From positions 2,053 through 66,052 of the forward strand of contig CAMCMB010000036.1 of the NCBI GenBank assembly GCA_945875845.1: DNA of 64,000 nucleotides. The letters are read 5' to 3'. Positions 7,915 through 16,880 of the stretch are shown piece after piece. The position numbers and the translations under genes are program-made. Below the pieces are notes generated by a model, which was not told the origin of the DNA, made no database searches, and saw only the letters and a program-made list of their open reading frames with translations. Each line of letters begins with the position of its first letter. The first letter of the stretch is position 1. Origin of the DNA: Pirellula staleyi DSM 6068 (GTDB taxonomy: Bacteria > Planctomycetota > Planctomycetia > Pirellulales > Pirellulaceae).

Positions 7915-9606
7915 ATGACTCGAACTGAAACAGAATTGCAAAAACTGCTAATCCAGCTCATTTCAGATTGGGAGAGCGAAGTCGTGGAGTTCAAGAGCGT
8001 TGGAGACTCGTATTCTACGTCCGATATCGGCAAGTACTTGACCGCATTATCAAACGAAGCAAATTTGCGTGAAGTTGAGACGGCGTGGTTGGTTTTCGGT
8101 GTCGACAACAAGACGCGTCAGATCGTTGACTCGGACTACCGTCGCGATCGTGCTAGACTCGAAGGACTAAAGCATCAGATGACCGAGGGAAGTTCTCCTT
8201 CCATTTGTTTTCGCGAGATCCACGAAATCGCCGTCGCAGGCAAACGGGTGCTGATGTTCGAGATACCCGCCGCCCCACGTGGTATCGCAATTAGCTGGAA
8301 TGGACACTTCTATGCACGCAGTGGGGAAAGCCTAGGACCGCTTTCCATCGTAAAGCAAGACGAGATCCGCGGTCAAACCTTGCAGACGGACTGGACTGCC
8401 GCTGTGGTCTCTGAAGCGTCGCGAGCAGATCTGTCCGATGCGGCTGTTTCGCAGGCACGCGCTCGATTCGCTCTTCGTCACGCAAATCAGTTTACAAACG
8501 ACGAAATCGAAGCCTGGGACGATGCAGCGTTTCTGGATCGAGCCGGTCTGACAATCAACGGCATGATTACTAGATCGGCTCTGTTACTCGTCGGTAAACC
8601 GGATTCGGTCCATCTCCTCAGCCCATATCTCGCTCAACTAGTTTGGAAGCTGGTTGGCGTGGAAGCTGGCAATCAGATTTTTACGCCACCCTACTTGCTT
8701 GCGACGAGTGCTCTCTATGAAAAGGTGCGCAACGTGCAACTGAGGATACTTCCAGCCGATTCGTTAGTCGCGATTGAAGTTGCTAAATACGACCAAAAGA
8801 TTGTTCTTGAATCGCTGCACAATTGCATAGCCCACCAAGACTACCGTCTCGGGGCACGCGTGGTCGTAACGGAGATGATCGATCGCTTGGTCTTGGAGAA
8901 TTCGGGATCGTTTGTCGATGGTGAGCCGCTGGATTACCTGTCGGGTCATAAAACGCCTAGGTTTTATCGCAATCCGTTTTTGATGCAAGCGATGACACGG
9001 CTGAACATGATCGATACGATGGGCTATGGAATTCACAGAATGTTCGTTGGGCAAGCGAAACGTTATTTCCCGCTTCCGGACTATGACCTATCGGAATCGG
9101 GAACGGTTAGACTCACCATCCACGGGGCGATTGTTGATCCTGCATACTCGCGGGTTTTGATTGAGAACACCGATTTGCCTCTGCAAGATGTGTTCGCTCT
9201 TGATCGCGTTCAAAAGCAACTACCCATTGATGATGTAGCCACGAAACGATTGCGTCGCGCAGGATTGATCGAAGGAAGGCGTCCGAACATCCATATTTCC
9301 GGCAACGTAGCATCGGCAACAGATCGACGAGCCGAGTACATTCGAAATCGCCATCAAGATGACATTCATTACAAGCGACTGATCTTAGATTTCCTAAGTC
9401 GGTTTGATTCTGCTGGCAGGGAGGATATCGATAAAATGCTATTGAAGAACCTAAGCGACGTTTTGACGGAGGACCAGAAGCGAAACCGGGTGCGTAACCT
9501 GCTTCAGTCCATGCGTCGGGACGGGCTGATCGAGAATCTTGGCCCGCGGGTTCAACCGACCTGGTCGCTGACAACCATCGGGCGTTCCGCATTAACTAAA
9601 TCATGA
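7915..9606 (+). CDS. AlbA_2 (Schlafen-like divergent AAA) + HATPase_c_4 + C-terminal winged-helix protein; putative ATP-binding DNA-binding regulator
   Basis: N-terminus ESEVVEFKSVGDSYSTSDIGKYLTALSNEANL...AWLVFGVDNKTRQIV is AlbA_2-like. The middle region ESLHNCIAHQDY...LVLENSGSF is HATPase_c_4-like. C-terminus LLQSMRRDGLIENLG is wHTH-like. Confidence 0.7.
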   Translation: MTRTETELQKLLIQLISDWESEVVEFKSVGDSYSTSDIGKYLTALSNEANLREVETAWLVFGVDNKTRQIVDSDYRRDRARLEGLKHQMTEGSSPSICFREIHEIAVAGKRVLMFEIPAAPRGIAISWNGHFYARSGESLGPLSIVKQDEIRGQTLQTDWTAAVVSEASRADLSDAAVSQARARFALRHANQFTNDEIEAWDDAAFLDRAGLTINGMITRSALLLVGKPDSVHLLSPYLAQLVWKLVGVEAGNQIFTPPYLLATSALYEKVRNVQLRILPADSLVAIEVAKYDQKIVLESLHNCIAHQDYRLGARVVVTEMIDRLVLENSGSFVDGEPLDYLSGHKTPRFYRNPFLMQAMTRLNMIDTMGYGIHRMFVGQAKRYFPLPDYDLSESGTVRLTIHGAIVDPAYSRVLIENTDLPLQDVFALDRVQKQLPIDDVATKRLRRAGLIEGRRPNIHISGNVASATDRRAEYIRNRHQDDIHYKRLILDFLSRFDSAGREDIDKMLLKNLSDVLTEDQKRNRVRNLLQSMRRDGLIENLGPRVQPTWSLTTIGRSALTKS

Positions 9607-9816
9607 CCAGTTTTAGCTAATCAACAGTGAGTCCTAGCTGAAAAGTCGCTCCTAACGAACCTGCAAACCCTTGCCTGGAAAGCACTTAGAGCGAAAGACA
9701 TCGCATCATTCTAGCAAACGTTAGCTGGAAGAGACAACCAAATCCAAATTGAGTAAAGAACCAAATCTGCAAAATCATTCCGTGAGGAACCTAGGGAATT
9801 TGCGAGCCCCAATACG

Positions 9817-12800
9817 ATGAAAATTCAATTCAAAGTCCAAGATTACCAAACCGACGCAGTCCGGGCTGTCGTCGACTGTTTCGCCGGTCAGCCGCTCATT
9901 GCGACGCCGGATTATGAGATTGACCCTGGCGTAAATAAGAAACGAATCAAGCCGGTTGGACAGTTTACCCAACAAGACCTTCTCGACTCGCTCAAATTCG
10001 AGGGCTTTCGCAACGCCGATCTTCGTTTAACCATTTCTCAGCTGCTTGCAAACATTCAACAGATACAGCTCGAGCAAAACATCCCACAGTCTATATCGCT
10101 AGTTCCAAGCCAGTCATGCAAACTCAATCTCGATATCGAGATGGAAACCGGTACTGGCAAAACCTACTGCTACATCAAGACGATGTTCGAACTGCATGAG
10201 AAGTACGGATGGAATAAATTCATTGTTGTTGTCCCGAGCATTGCGATTCGCGAAGGGGTTCAAAAGTCATTCGAGATCACCGCTGAGCATTTTCTGCAAC
10301 AGTATGGTAGGCAGGCACGCCACTTTACTTACGACAGCAAGCAATTGCACGAATTGGAGAGCTTTTCATCTAACGCCGGTATTAATGTGATGATCATCAA
10401 CGCACAGGCGTTCAATGCATTCAAGGAGGACGCCGCGAACAATGCGGCCCGGATCATGTTCTCGCAACGAGATGACTTTCAATCTCGTCGTCCCATCGAT
10501 GTTCTAAAGAAGAACAAACCGATTCTGATCCTCGATGAACCGCAACGTATGGTGGGAACACAGACAGTAAAAGCCTTGGCTCAGTTCGATCCGCTTATGA
10601 TCCTGCGATACTCGGCGACACATAAGGTGGAGCACAATAAAATCTACCGGCTAGACGCTTTGGATGCCTACAACCAAAAACTGGTAAAGAAGATCGCGGT
10701 TCGCGGAATCGCGACGAAAGGGCTCAAGGGCACAAACGGCTATCTTTACCTAGAAAGCATCCGCCTGAGTAAAAGCAAACCGCCAGTTGGGGTTTTGGAA
10801 ATCGAACAGAAAACCGCGAGCGGAATTAAGCGGATTCGGAAATTGGTTAGTAAGAATACGAACCTCTTTGTCGAGTCGGGTGAACTAGATCAATACCAAG
10901 GCTTTGTCGTGGCCGACATCGACGCTCGCGGAGTGGAGGGCTTCGGCGAAGGATACATCGAGTTTACCAACGGAGAGCGTCTGACGGTCGGCACCGCTTG
11001 TGGCGATACGAATGAGGATACACTTCGTCGGCTTCAAATTCGCGAATCGATTAAAGCTCACTTTGAGAAGGAGCAAGAGCTTTATCCTAAGGGAATCAAG
11101 GTTCTCTCGCTTTTCTTCATCGACACTGTAGCCAAGTATCGCCAATACGACAAAGATGGCAACAAGCTTCTAGCGGACTATGGCCGATTTTTCGAGGACG
11201 AGTATGCAAAGATCCGGGAAGAATTTCGGACGTTGTTCGCTGAAGAAGCAAAGTACCAGTCCTACCTGGACGGCATAGATACCGCTCATACGCACGATGG
11301 CTACTTCTCGATCGACAAAAAGGGGCGATTGGTTGATCCTGAAGTTAAAAAGTCGGGAGACACCAAAGGTGAGACCGACGATGTCGATGCCTATGACCTT
11401 ATCCTAAAGGATAAAGAAACGCTTTTGTCCTTGCCTACGCAAGACGATGATGACCTGTCTCGACGGAGAAAGAATGTACGGTTCATCTTCTCGCACTCAG
11501 CACTTCGCGAGGGATGGGACAATCCGAATGTATTCGTGATCGGCATGCTCAAGCCGACTGACTACGAGGGGTCAACTGTCACGCGTCGCCAAGAGGTCGG
11601 CCGAGGACTGCGACTATGCGTTGATGCGACGGGCCAAAGGATTGACGACAAAGCAATTGTCCACGATGTCAACGTTCTAACTGTTGTCGCCAACGAGAGC
11701 TTCCAAGAGTTTGTAACCAAGCTTCAAGGCGAAATGCGAGAGTCTCTGTCAGCTCGCCCTCGATATGCGAGTGAAGTGTATTTTACAGGCAAACTATTGC
11801 GAACAGAGACAGGGGACAAGACAGTCGACGCCAAGATGGCTTCTCAAATCTTTTTTTACCTTGTTCAAAACGGGTATACGGATTACGACAAACGCATTAC
11901 TTCGAAGTACCACGATGCAAAACAGAATGGGGTTCTTGCCGAACTTCCTGAGTCACTGAAGCCTTTCGCCGAACCGATATTCAAACTCATCGATAGCGTT
12001 TTCGACGATTCGAAATTGCCAGGCTTCGGCAACGGCCGAAGCCCGAAGGGAAACCCTATCAATGCGAAAAACTTGGCTCGCAAAGAGTTTCAAGATCTGT
12101 GGAATAGAATCAATCATAAAGCCGTATATGTGGTTGATTTTGAAACAGATGAACTCATCGTCAACTGCGTCGGGACCCTCAACGCAGAATTGAACGTGTC
12201 AAAGCTTCGATACGAGGTCCACCGCGGCGTTCAAAAAGACGTTAACACGGTAGATGATCTCGATAACGGTACTGCGTTCGAGGTAAACGGGAACCAAACC
12301 GACATTGTCGATTCACCTGTCTCGACCGATATTCGTTACGACTTAGTTGGAAAGCTCAGTGAGGCGACACAACTAACTCGGAAGACAGTAGTCAGTATCT
12401 TGTCACGAATAAGTCCCATCACTTTTGAAATGTTTCGCATAAATCCCGAAGAATTTCTCGCCAAGGCTGCTAGCAAGATAAACGAGCAAAAAGCGACAAT
12501 CATCATCGAGCATTTGGTTTACAACCCACTCGATGGACAGCATTACACGGACATTTTCACCGCAGACAAGAAGGCTGACATATCCAGTGCATACGAAGCG
12601 CAGCGACACGTCTTCGACTATGTAATCACCGATAGCAAAAATGAACGTACCTTTGTCGAGACGCTAGACAAATCAACCGAAGTCGTTGTTTACGCCAAGC
12701 TCCCCAGGGCATTCTCAATACCAACGCCAGTCGGTAACTACAACCCCGACTGGGCGGTTGCATTCGAGCAAGACAAAGTCAAGCATGTTTTCTTCATCGC

Positions 12801-12954
12801 GGAAACCAAGGGCAGCATGAACTCGCTCGAACTGAATAAGATCGAGACCGCGAAAATCGCATGCGCCCGGAAGTTCTTCGCGAAGATTACGTCGGAACAA
12901 GTCAAATATGATGTAGTGGATAGCTACGCGACACTAATGGGACTGGTGATTTAG
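9817..12954 (+). CDS. Type III restriction enzyme Res subunit (SF2 helicase-ATPase + C-terminal PD-(D/E)xK nuclease)
   Basis: Walker A LDIEMETGTGKTYC and DEAH-like PILILDEPQRM. C-terminal YNPDWAVAF...VFFIAETKG, with D at 12748-12750 and E-T-K at 12802-12810. Confidence 0.85.
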   Translation: MKIQFKVQDYQTDAVRAVVDCFAGQPLIATPDYEIDPGVNKKRIKPVGQFTQQDLLDSLKFEGFRNADLRLTISQLLANIQQIQLEQNIPQSISLVPSQSCKLNLDIEMETGTGKTYCYIKTMFELHEKYGWNKFIVVVPSIAIREGVQKSFEITAEHFLQQYGRQARHFTYDSKQLHELESFSSNAGINVMIINAQAFNAFKEDAANNAARIMFSQRDDFQSRRPIDVLKKNKPILILDEPQRMVGTQTVKALAQFDPLMILRYSATHKVEHNKIYRLDALDAYNQKLVKKIAVRGIATKGLKGTNGYLYLESIRLSKSKPPVGVLEIEQKTASGIKRIRKLVSKNTNLFVESGELDQYQGFVVADIDARGVEGFGEGYIEFTNGERLTVGTACGDTNEDTLRRLQIRESIKAHFEKEQELYPKGIKVLSLFFIDTVAKYRQYDKDGNKLLADYGRFFEDEYAKIREEFRTLFAEEAKYQSYLDGIDTAHTHDGYFSIDKKGRLVDPEVKKSGDTKGETDDVDAYDLILKDKETLLSLPTQDDDDLSRRRKNVRFIFSHSALREGWDNPNVFVIGMLKPTDYEGSTVTRRQEVGRGLRLCVDATGQRIDDKAIVHDVNVLTVVANESFQEFVTKLQGEMRESLSARPRYASEVYFTGKLLRTETGDKTVDAKMASQIFFYLVQNGYTDYDKRITSKYHDAKQNGVLAELPESLKPFAEPIFKLIDSVFDDSKLPGFGNGRSPKGNPINAKNLARKEFQDLWNRINHKAVYVVDFETDELIVNCVGTLNAELNVSKLRYEVHRGVQKDVNTVDDLDNGTAFEVNGNQTDIVDSPVSTDIRYDLVGKLSEATQLTRKTVVSILSRISPITFEMFRINPEEFLAKAASKINEQKATIIIEHLVYNPLDGQHYTDIFTADKKADISSAYEAQRHVFDYVITDSKNERTFVETLDKSTEVVVYAKLPRAFSIPTPVGNYNPDWAVAFEQDKVKHVFFIAETKGSMNSLELNKIETAKIACARKFFAKITSEQVKYDVVDSYATLMGLVI

Positions 12955-12957
12955 GAA

Positions 12958-13722
12958 ATGAACCTTCAATTGTTTGACGAGACGTTTGAGCATTTGCCCT
13001 CTTCGCCGATCGTGGAGTCGGTTATTCAATGGACAGCGAGAGCAAGCGTTGCCGCGAATGATACCACTTGGCATAATCGCTTTTCGGAACTACTGCCGGA
13101 GTTTCCGAAGGCTCAGCCTGTGCACTGGCAATCAATCGAAACGATGATCGATTCTGACGGGTCGTCTCAGCAGACGGTGAATCGGCCTTGGATTGGCTTG
13201 CGTCTGGAGAGCGAAGACAGCACATGGATCGTGCAAGCTGATTGGCAGGGCGTGATTCTCAGTCGCTTGAGCCCCTACGTTGGTTGGACAGAATTCTCGA
13301 CGCTTGGAATCAAGGTTTGGAAGTCGTTCCTTGCGTGTACTCAACCGACAGAGATCCAAAAGCTCGGCGTTCGATCGATCAATCAAATCCCTATCGAATC
13401 TTTTGACGACGTACGTTATTATCTTAAACACCCGCCTGAGTGCTTAGATGACGCAGAGCTACCGGCAATGGGGTTTATGTACCAAAGTTTGCATCGAATC
13501 CCAAACCATCCTTATCAGGTAAACGTAATCCGCACTATCCCTCCCAAGAATTTGGGAACCACCGTACCGCCTAGCCTCATTGTAGATATTGATGCTATGA
13601 CAACTGATGGTCACTTAGAAGTGGGTAGTACCCAGGAACACTTTAAGGCCCTAAAATGGGTTAAGGACAAGACGTTTTTCAACTTAATTACCGATAAAGC
13701 AATCGAGATGTTTCGAAAATGA
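12958..13722 (+). CDS. Hypothetical protein, TIGR04255-like
   Basis: 254 aa. SPIVESVIQW near the N-terminus, then GVRSINQIPI, SLIVDIDAMT and C-terminal FFNLITDKAIEMF resemble the conserved blocks I recall for TIGR04255. Starts 3 nt after the Res stop. Confidence 0.5.
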   Translation: MNLQLFDETFEHLPSSPIVESVIQWTARASVAANDTTWHNRFSELLPEFPKAQPVHWQSIETMIDSDGSSQQTVNRPWIGLRLESEDSTWIVQADWQGVILSRLSPYVGWTEFSTLGIKVWKSFLACTQPTEIQKLGVRSINQIPIESFDDVRYYLKHPPECLDDAELPAMGFMYQSLHRIPNHPYQVNVIRTIPPKNLGTTVPPSLIVDIDAMTTDGHLEVGSTQEHFKALKWVKDKTFFNLITDKAIEMFRK

Positions 13723-14171
13723 CAAGGTTCACCACGGGGTTTAGCGACGCGGCTCAAATGGCAAGTCGATACTTGGTTGAGCAAGTTAACGGTATGCGTC
13801 GATCTCAGACTTTCGGTCTGGACAGCGAGCTTCGAGAGGAACTAGGAGACGTTTGGAGCGAATGCCAGACAGATAACTGGGATGGGTACAAAGCGTTGCC
13901 AGTGTCTCAGGATACCTTGCAACAAGTCTATGAATTGCTTGAGGAGCTTCCGGATGATTTTCCAGCTCCAAGCTTGTCTGCTGATCCAGATGGTGCTTTA
14001 GCCCTTGAGTGGTATACTTCCAAAGACCGGCAAATCTCCGTTAGTATCATTGATGGTGAGATTCATTATGCCGCGAAATTGGGCTCCGAGCGCCACCATG
14101 GCAACTATTTGCTGGTCGATGGCTGGCCGAAGTCGTTGTTTTCTTTGATTCAGAAAATTGCTGGTCGATGA
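13719..14171 (+). CDS. Hypothetical protein (150 aa)
   Basis: ATGA overlap with both the upstream and the downstream gene. Protein-like composition, including NWDGYKALPVS...PAPSLSADPDGALALEW. I recognised no domain. Confidence 0.6.
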   Translation: MTRFTTGFSDAAQMASRYLVEQVNGMRRSQTFGLDSELREELGDVWSECQTDNWDGYKALPVSQDTLQQVYELLEELPDDFPAPSLSADPDGALALEWYTSKDRQISVSIIDGEIHYAAKLGSERHHGNYLLVDGWPKSLFSLIQKIAGR

Positions 14172-14614
14172 TTGACGAAAACGATGTTCCCGATATCGAC
14201 GGCCGCGAAGAGCTTTCACGATGCGTCGTTTACAGCAAACATATCCGAGCTCCGAAGCCTGACGGTTCAGAACTTGGACGAGTTAAACCAAACGCATTCG
14301 TTCCGCATCCGTATGACGATTTGTCTGTAAACAGCCACGTGCAATCGACTGATGCTGAAATTTGGCTTCTTTGCCGCAACGTTGCTTTGAAGCAACAAAA
14401 GACGTTGTATGGCCGAGCAACAGTACTCGCAAGTGACTTTCAGTCGAAGAAGTTGACAATACAACCTGATCCCATTCGAGCTGACGAAGACAGCGAATTC
14501 CCCAACCCAAATCACGCGATCGTCGTAGGCTGGCCAGCTGAGAAGTCTGCCCAGATCGCAATCGCGCAAGACATTGCGGATAGTTGTAGGTTCTCTGAGC
14601 CGCCTAGCAACTAG
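14168..14614 (+). CDS. Hypothetical protein (148 aa)
   Basis: 4-nt ATGA overlap with the preceding gene. Plausible globular sequence (ELSRCVVYSKHIR...VKPNAFVPHPYDDLSVNSH...NPNHAIVVGWPAEKSAQIAIAQDIA). I prefer it over the antisense ORF 14267-14854. Confidence 0.6.
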   Translation: MIDENDVPDIDGREELSRCVVYSKHIRAPKPDGSELGRVKPNAFVPHPYDDLSVNSHVQSTDAEIWLLCRNVALKQQKTLYGRATVLASDFQSKKLTIQPDPIRADEDSEFPNPNHAIVVGWPAEKSAQIAIAQDIADSCRFSEPPSN

Positions 14615-14854
14615 CAATACAGCCGATGGAGTAGATTGCGTGGAGCTGGCGACCGGATCTGCACGGCTTACTTCGAACTCTATCCAAAGTCGTTTTTGTC
14701 CATCATCACGAGTAAGTAACACGTCGGCGCGTGCGGAATAACCGAGCACAGGTTGCCACTCTGTGTCTAGAACGTCAACTTCGTGTGTGCAGGTCCATCC
14801 TGCCGGACACGCAGCGGCGAAACGCTCTTGGAGAAATCCGGTTAAGCTTCCCAA
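14615..14854 (-). pseudogene. 5' remnant of a disrupted gene at the island's right junction
   Basis: The first ~70 aa of ORF 14267-14854(-) read like real protein (MGSLTGFLQERFAAACPAGWTCTHEVDVLDTEWQPVLGYSARADVLLTRDDGQKRLWIEFEVSRADPVA). The remainder is antisense to CDS 14168-14614 and is Cys/Arg/Leu-rich. Confidence 0.35.
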
Positions 14855-15001
14855 TTTAGGTTCCTCGCTTGGCTTTGATGTAAGAACGCACTAACACGTT
14901 GGTGAGAACGTTGGGGTGACGCTGCATGTGAGTGATTTCGTTCCATTTTATATTATCCATTTCCTCTCTCAATTCATGTGCTGGGTACTAGCCCTAGTAT
15001 T

Positions 15002-15211
15002 TCAATTAGCCTTCACCCTGGTTGGCCACTTCCTCGTTGAGGTAAGTTGCGGCGAATTCGCGAATCGCGTTTGCAGGATGTCTGATGCGGATACACCAAG
15101 ATCTCGAAGAATATCCAACGACTGCTGCGTGGTTGTTACGACCTCCTTCTTGGTGACACCCGCTTCGGTCCAAAACCGAACGGTCCTTATACTAGAATCC
15201 GCAAGTTGATT
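15002..15211 (-). pseudogene. Start-less fragment resembling the second half of a MerR/excisionase-type HTH protein
   Basis: Hand translation gives ..LADSSIRTVRFWTEAGVTKKEVVTTTQQSLDILRDLGVSASDILQTRFANSPQ..*. This is 69 open codons bounded by an upstream in-frame TGA, with no ATG or GTG before the HTH-like part. Confidence 0.25.
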
Positions 15212-15282
15212 TCAACAAAGAAAGAGACTTACGCGGAGGTGCCGAGAACGCGGGGTTCGTTGTAGGAATCTAAACACTTTAT

Positions 15283-15303
15283 GTCGCGGGCTTTCTCCGC
15301 GAC
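15283..15303 (-). terminator. Hairpin downstream of the PQQ-propeller gene
   Basis: GTCGCGG-N7-CCGCGAC about 50 nt after the stop at 15353. There is no clear U-tract. Confidence 0.35.
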
Positions 15304-15352
15304 TCCGCAACTCCGCGTGACATATCGATTGATCGGGGGATGTCGAATCGCC

Positions 15353-16696
15353 TTATCGCAAGCAGTAGATCGCGTCGGACGAACGAACTAGCAGCGATTG
15401 ATTTGCAATCGCAGGCGTCGACCAAAAGATTTCGTCTGCCGAACCGATTTGAAGCTCCGACTCGACCTTGAACTCCGACGCCGCATTCATCACGAGAAGT
15501 TTGCCCGACTCGTTGATCAAGTAAATCGTCTCGCCCACCGCAACCGGGCATCCTGCCGCTAACGTGCCACCCGGCAAGCGTGCCCGGAACAGCTCTTTGC
15601 CGTCCCGTTTGTTGTAACAAGTAGCCGTGTTTCCAAAGAAATACAGTCGCTCGCCTACCACAATCGGGGAAGGCATTCCGGCTCCGCTTTTGGTGTTCGA
15701 CCAAAGGATAGCAGGACTGGTTTCGGCCCCGTCGGCAAGGGTCAAATCTCCCTTCTGGCCAGGCGCGACCGCCATGATGGGTGCTCGACTACCGGGGCTT
15801 GAGGTACCCATATAGAGTCCGCTTTTGTCCGCTACCACGGAACAGGAAAAGGAAGTATCCAAGCCCCCCACTCGCCATTTTTCCGTACCCGTTTGCGGAT
15901 CGTATCCAATGACCATCCCCTTGCCCGCAGCCACGATTTCCATCGCGCCGTTGTTCATCCAAAGTACAGGTGTGCTCCAGGCAGTTCCCACGGATCGATC
16001 TGCTTGCCAAAGTGTTTTTCCATCTCGGGCGTCCATGCAAACGAGCTGAGCAAACTCTTCATTGTAGAGCTGAAGGAACAGCTTTCCTTCGTACAGTACT
16101 GGCGAGGAACCGGTTCCAAAGTCGTTCGACAGTTTCTGAACGCTTAGTTCCTTTTTCCAAAGTTGCTTTCCGCTGTGGTCATAAGCAGCCATCGCGCCGA
16201 CCGAACCAAACCAAACATAAACCGCATCGTTCGAGGCTGCTGGAGTTTCGGTTGCATACGTGTTGGATGCATGCTTGGCGTATTTGGGGATTGCGTCTGA
16301 GACGGTCTGTTCCCAAAGGATACTCCCCTTGTCGATGTCGAGGCAAATCAGTTTCCATTGGAGCGGGTCCTTGGGGACTGGAGCTCGGCCCATGGTGCTT
16401 GGATCCATGGCACCCGCCATCATTCCTTTCGGCCGCTCGGGCGTTTTCGAGATAGCGGTCGTGACAAAAACCTTGTTGCCCACTACCACAGGTTGCGACC
16501 AGCCTGTCCCTGGCAGTTGTGTTTTCCAAGCTACCGAAGCCCCATTTGGCGACCCCTTGAGAGGTTCTCCAGCGGACACGCTCATCGCAGTTCCACCTCG
16601 AAATTGGCTCCAATCCTCGGCGCGTGCCGCAGAGGAGATCACAGAGGAGATCAAGGGAACCATCGCCGCAATGGCAAAAAATGGGTTGAGTTTCAT
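15353..16696 (-). CDS. Secreted PQQ-like beta-propeller repeat protein (BamB/PQQ_2 family)
   Basis: Signal peptide MKLNPFFAIAAMVPLISSVISSAARAEDWSQFRGG. Repeated G-x-x-LW blades (GSILWEQ, GKQLWKK, GKTLWQA, GTEKWRV). Confidence 0.85.
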   Translation of the reverse strand: MKLNPFFAIAAMVPLISSVISSAARAEDWSQFRGGTAMSVSAGEPLKGSPNGASVAWKTQLPGTGWSQPVVVGNKVFVTTAISKTPERPKGMMAGAMDPSTMGRAPVPKDPLQWKLICLDIDKGSILWEQTVSDAIPKYAKHASNTYATETPAASNDAVYVWFGSVGAMAAYDHSGKQLWKKELSVQKLSNDFGTGSSPVLYEGKLFLQLYNEEFAQLVCMDARDGKTLWQADRSVGTAWSTPVLWMNNGAMEIVAAGKGMVIGYDPQTGTEKWRVGGLDTSFSCSVVADKSGLYMGTSSPGSRAPIMAVAPGQKGDLTLADGAETSPAILWSNTKSGAGMPSPIVVGERLYFFGNTATCYNKRDGKELFRARLPGGTLAAGCPVAVGETIYLINESGKLLVMNAASEFKVESELQIGSADEIFWSTPAIANQSLLVRSSDAIYCLR

Positions 16697-16880
16697 AAGG
16701 GAATCGTCGCTTGGTAGTTGGGCGGAGTCAAATCTGGACAGCTCTTAATAGAATACCGGGCCGTCAAGAGGGGTTATTGAAGCATTGGACCCCAGCTTAA
16801 CCTAAGGCAGATTAAAAAAGCTACGCTTTTTGACTCACCGGACGGCTTGCGCCGTTCCGCTACTAAAGAATAGCGGCAGG

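Noticed and set aside
1902-12954. Classifying the island as DISARM or BREX
   Set aside because: No DUF1998 (DrmB), PLD (DrmC), PglZ, BrxC or BrxL-like genes are present. The methylase is a beta-class Mod-type enzyme paired with a Type III Res.
14267-14854. Full-length 195-aa minus-strand ORF overlapping CDS 14168-14614
   Set aside because: Only the first ~70 residues look like protein. The rest is antisense to a plus-strand gene that has ATGA coupling to its neighbour and a more natural composition.
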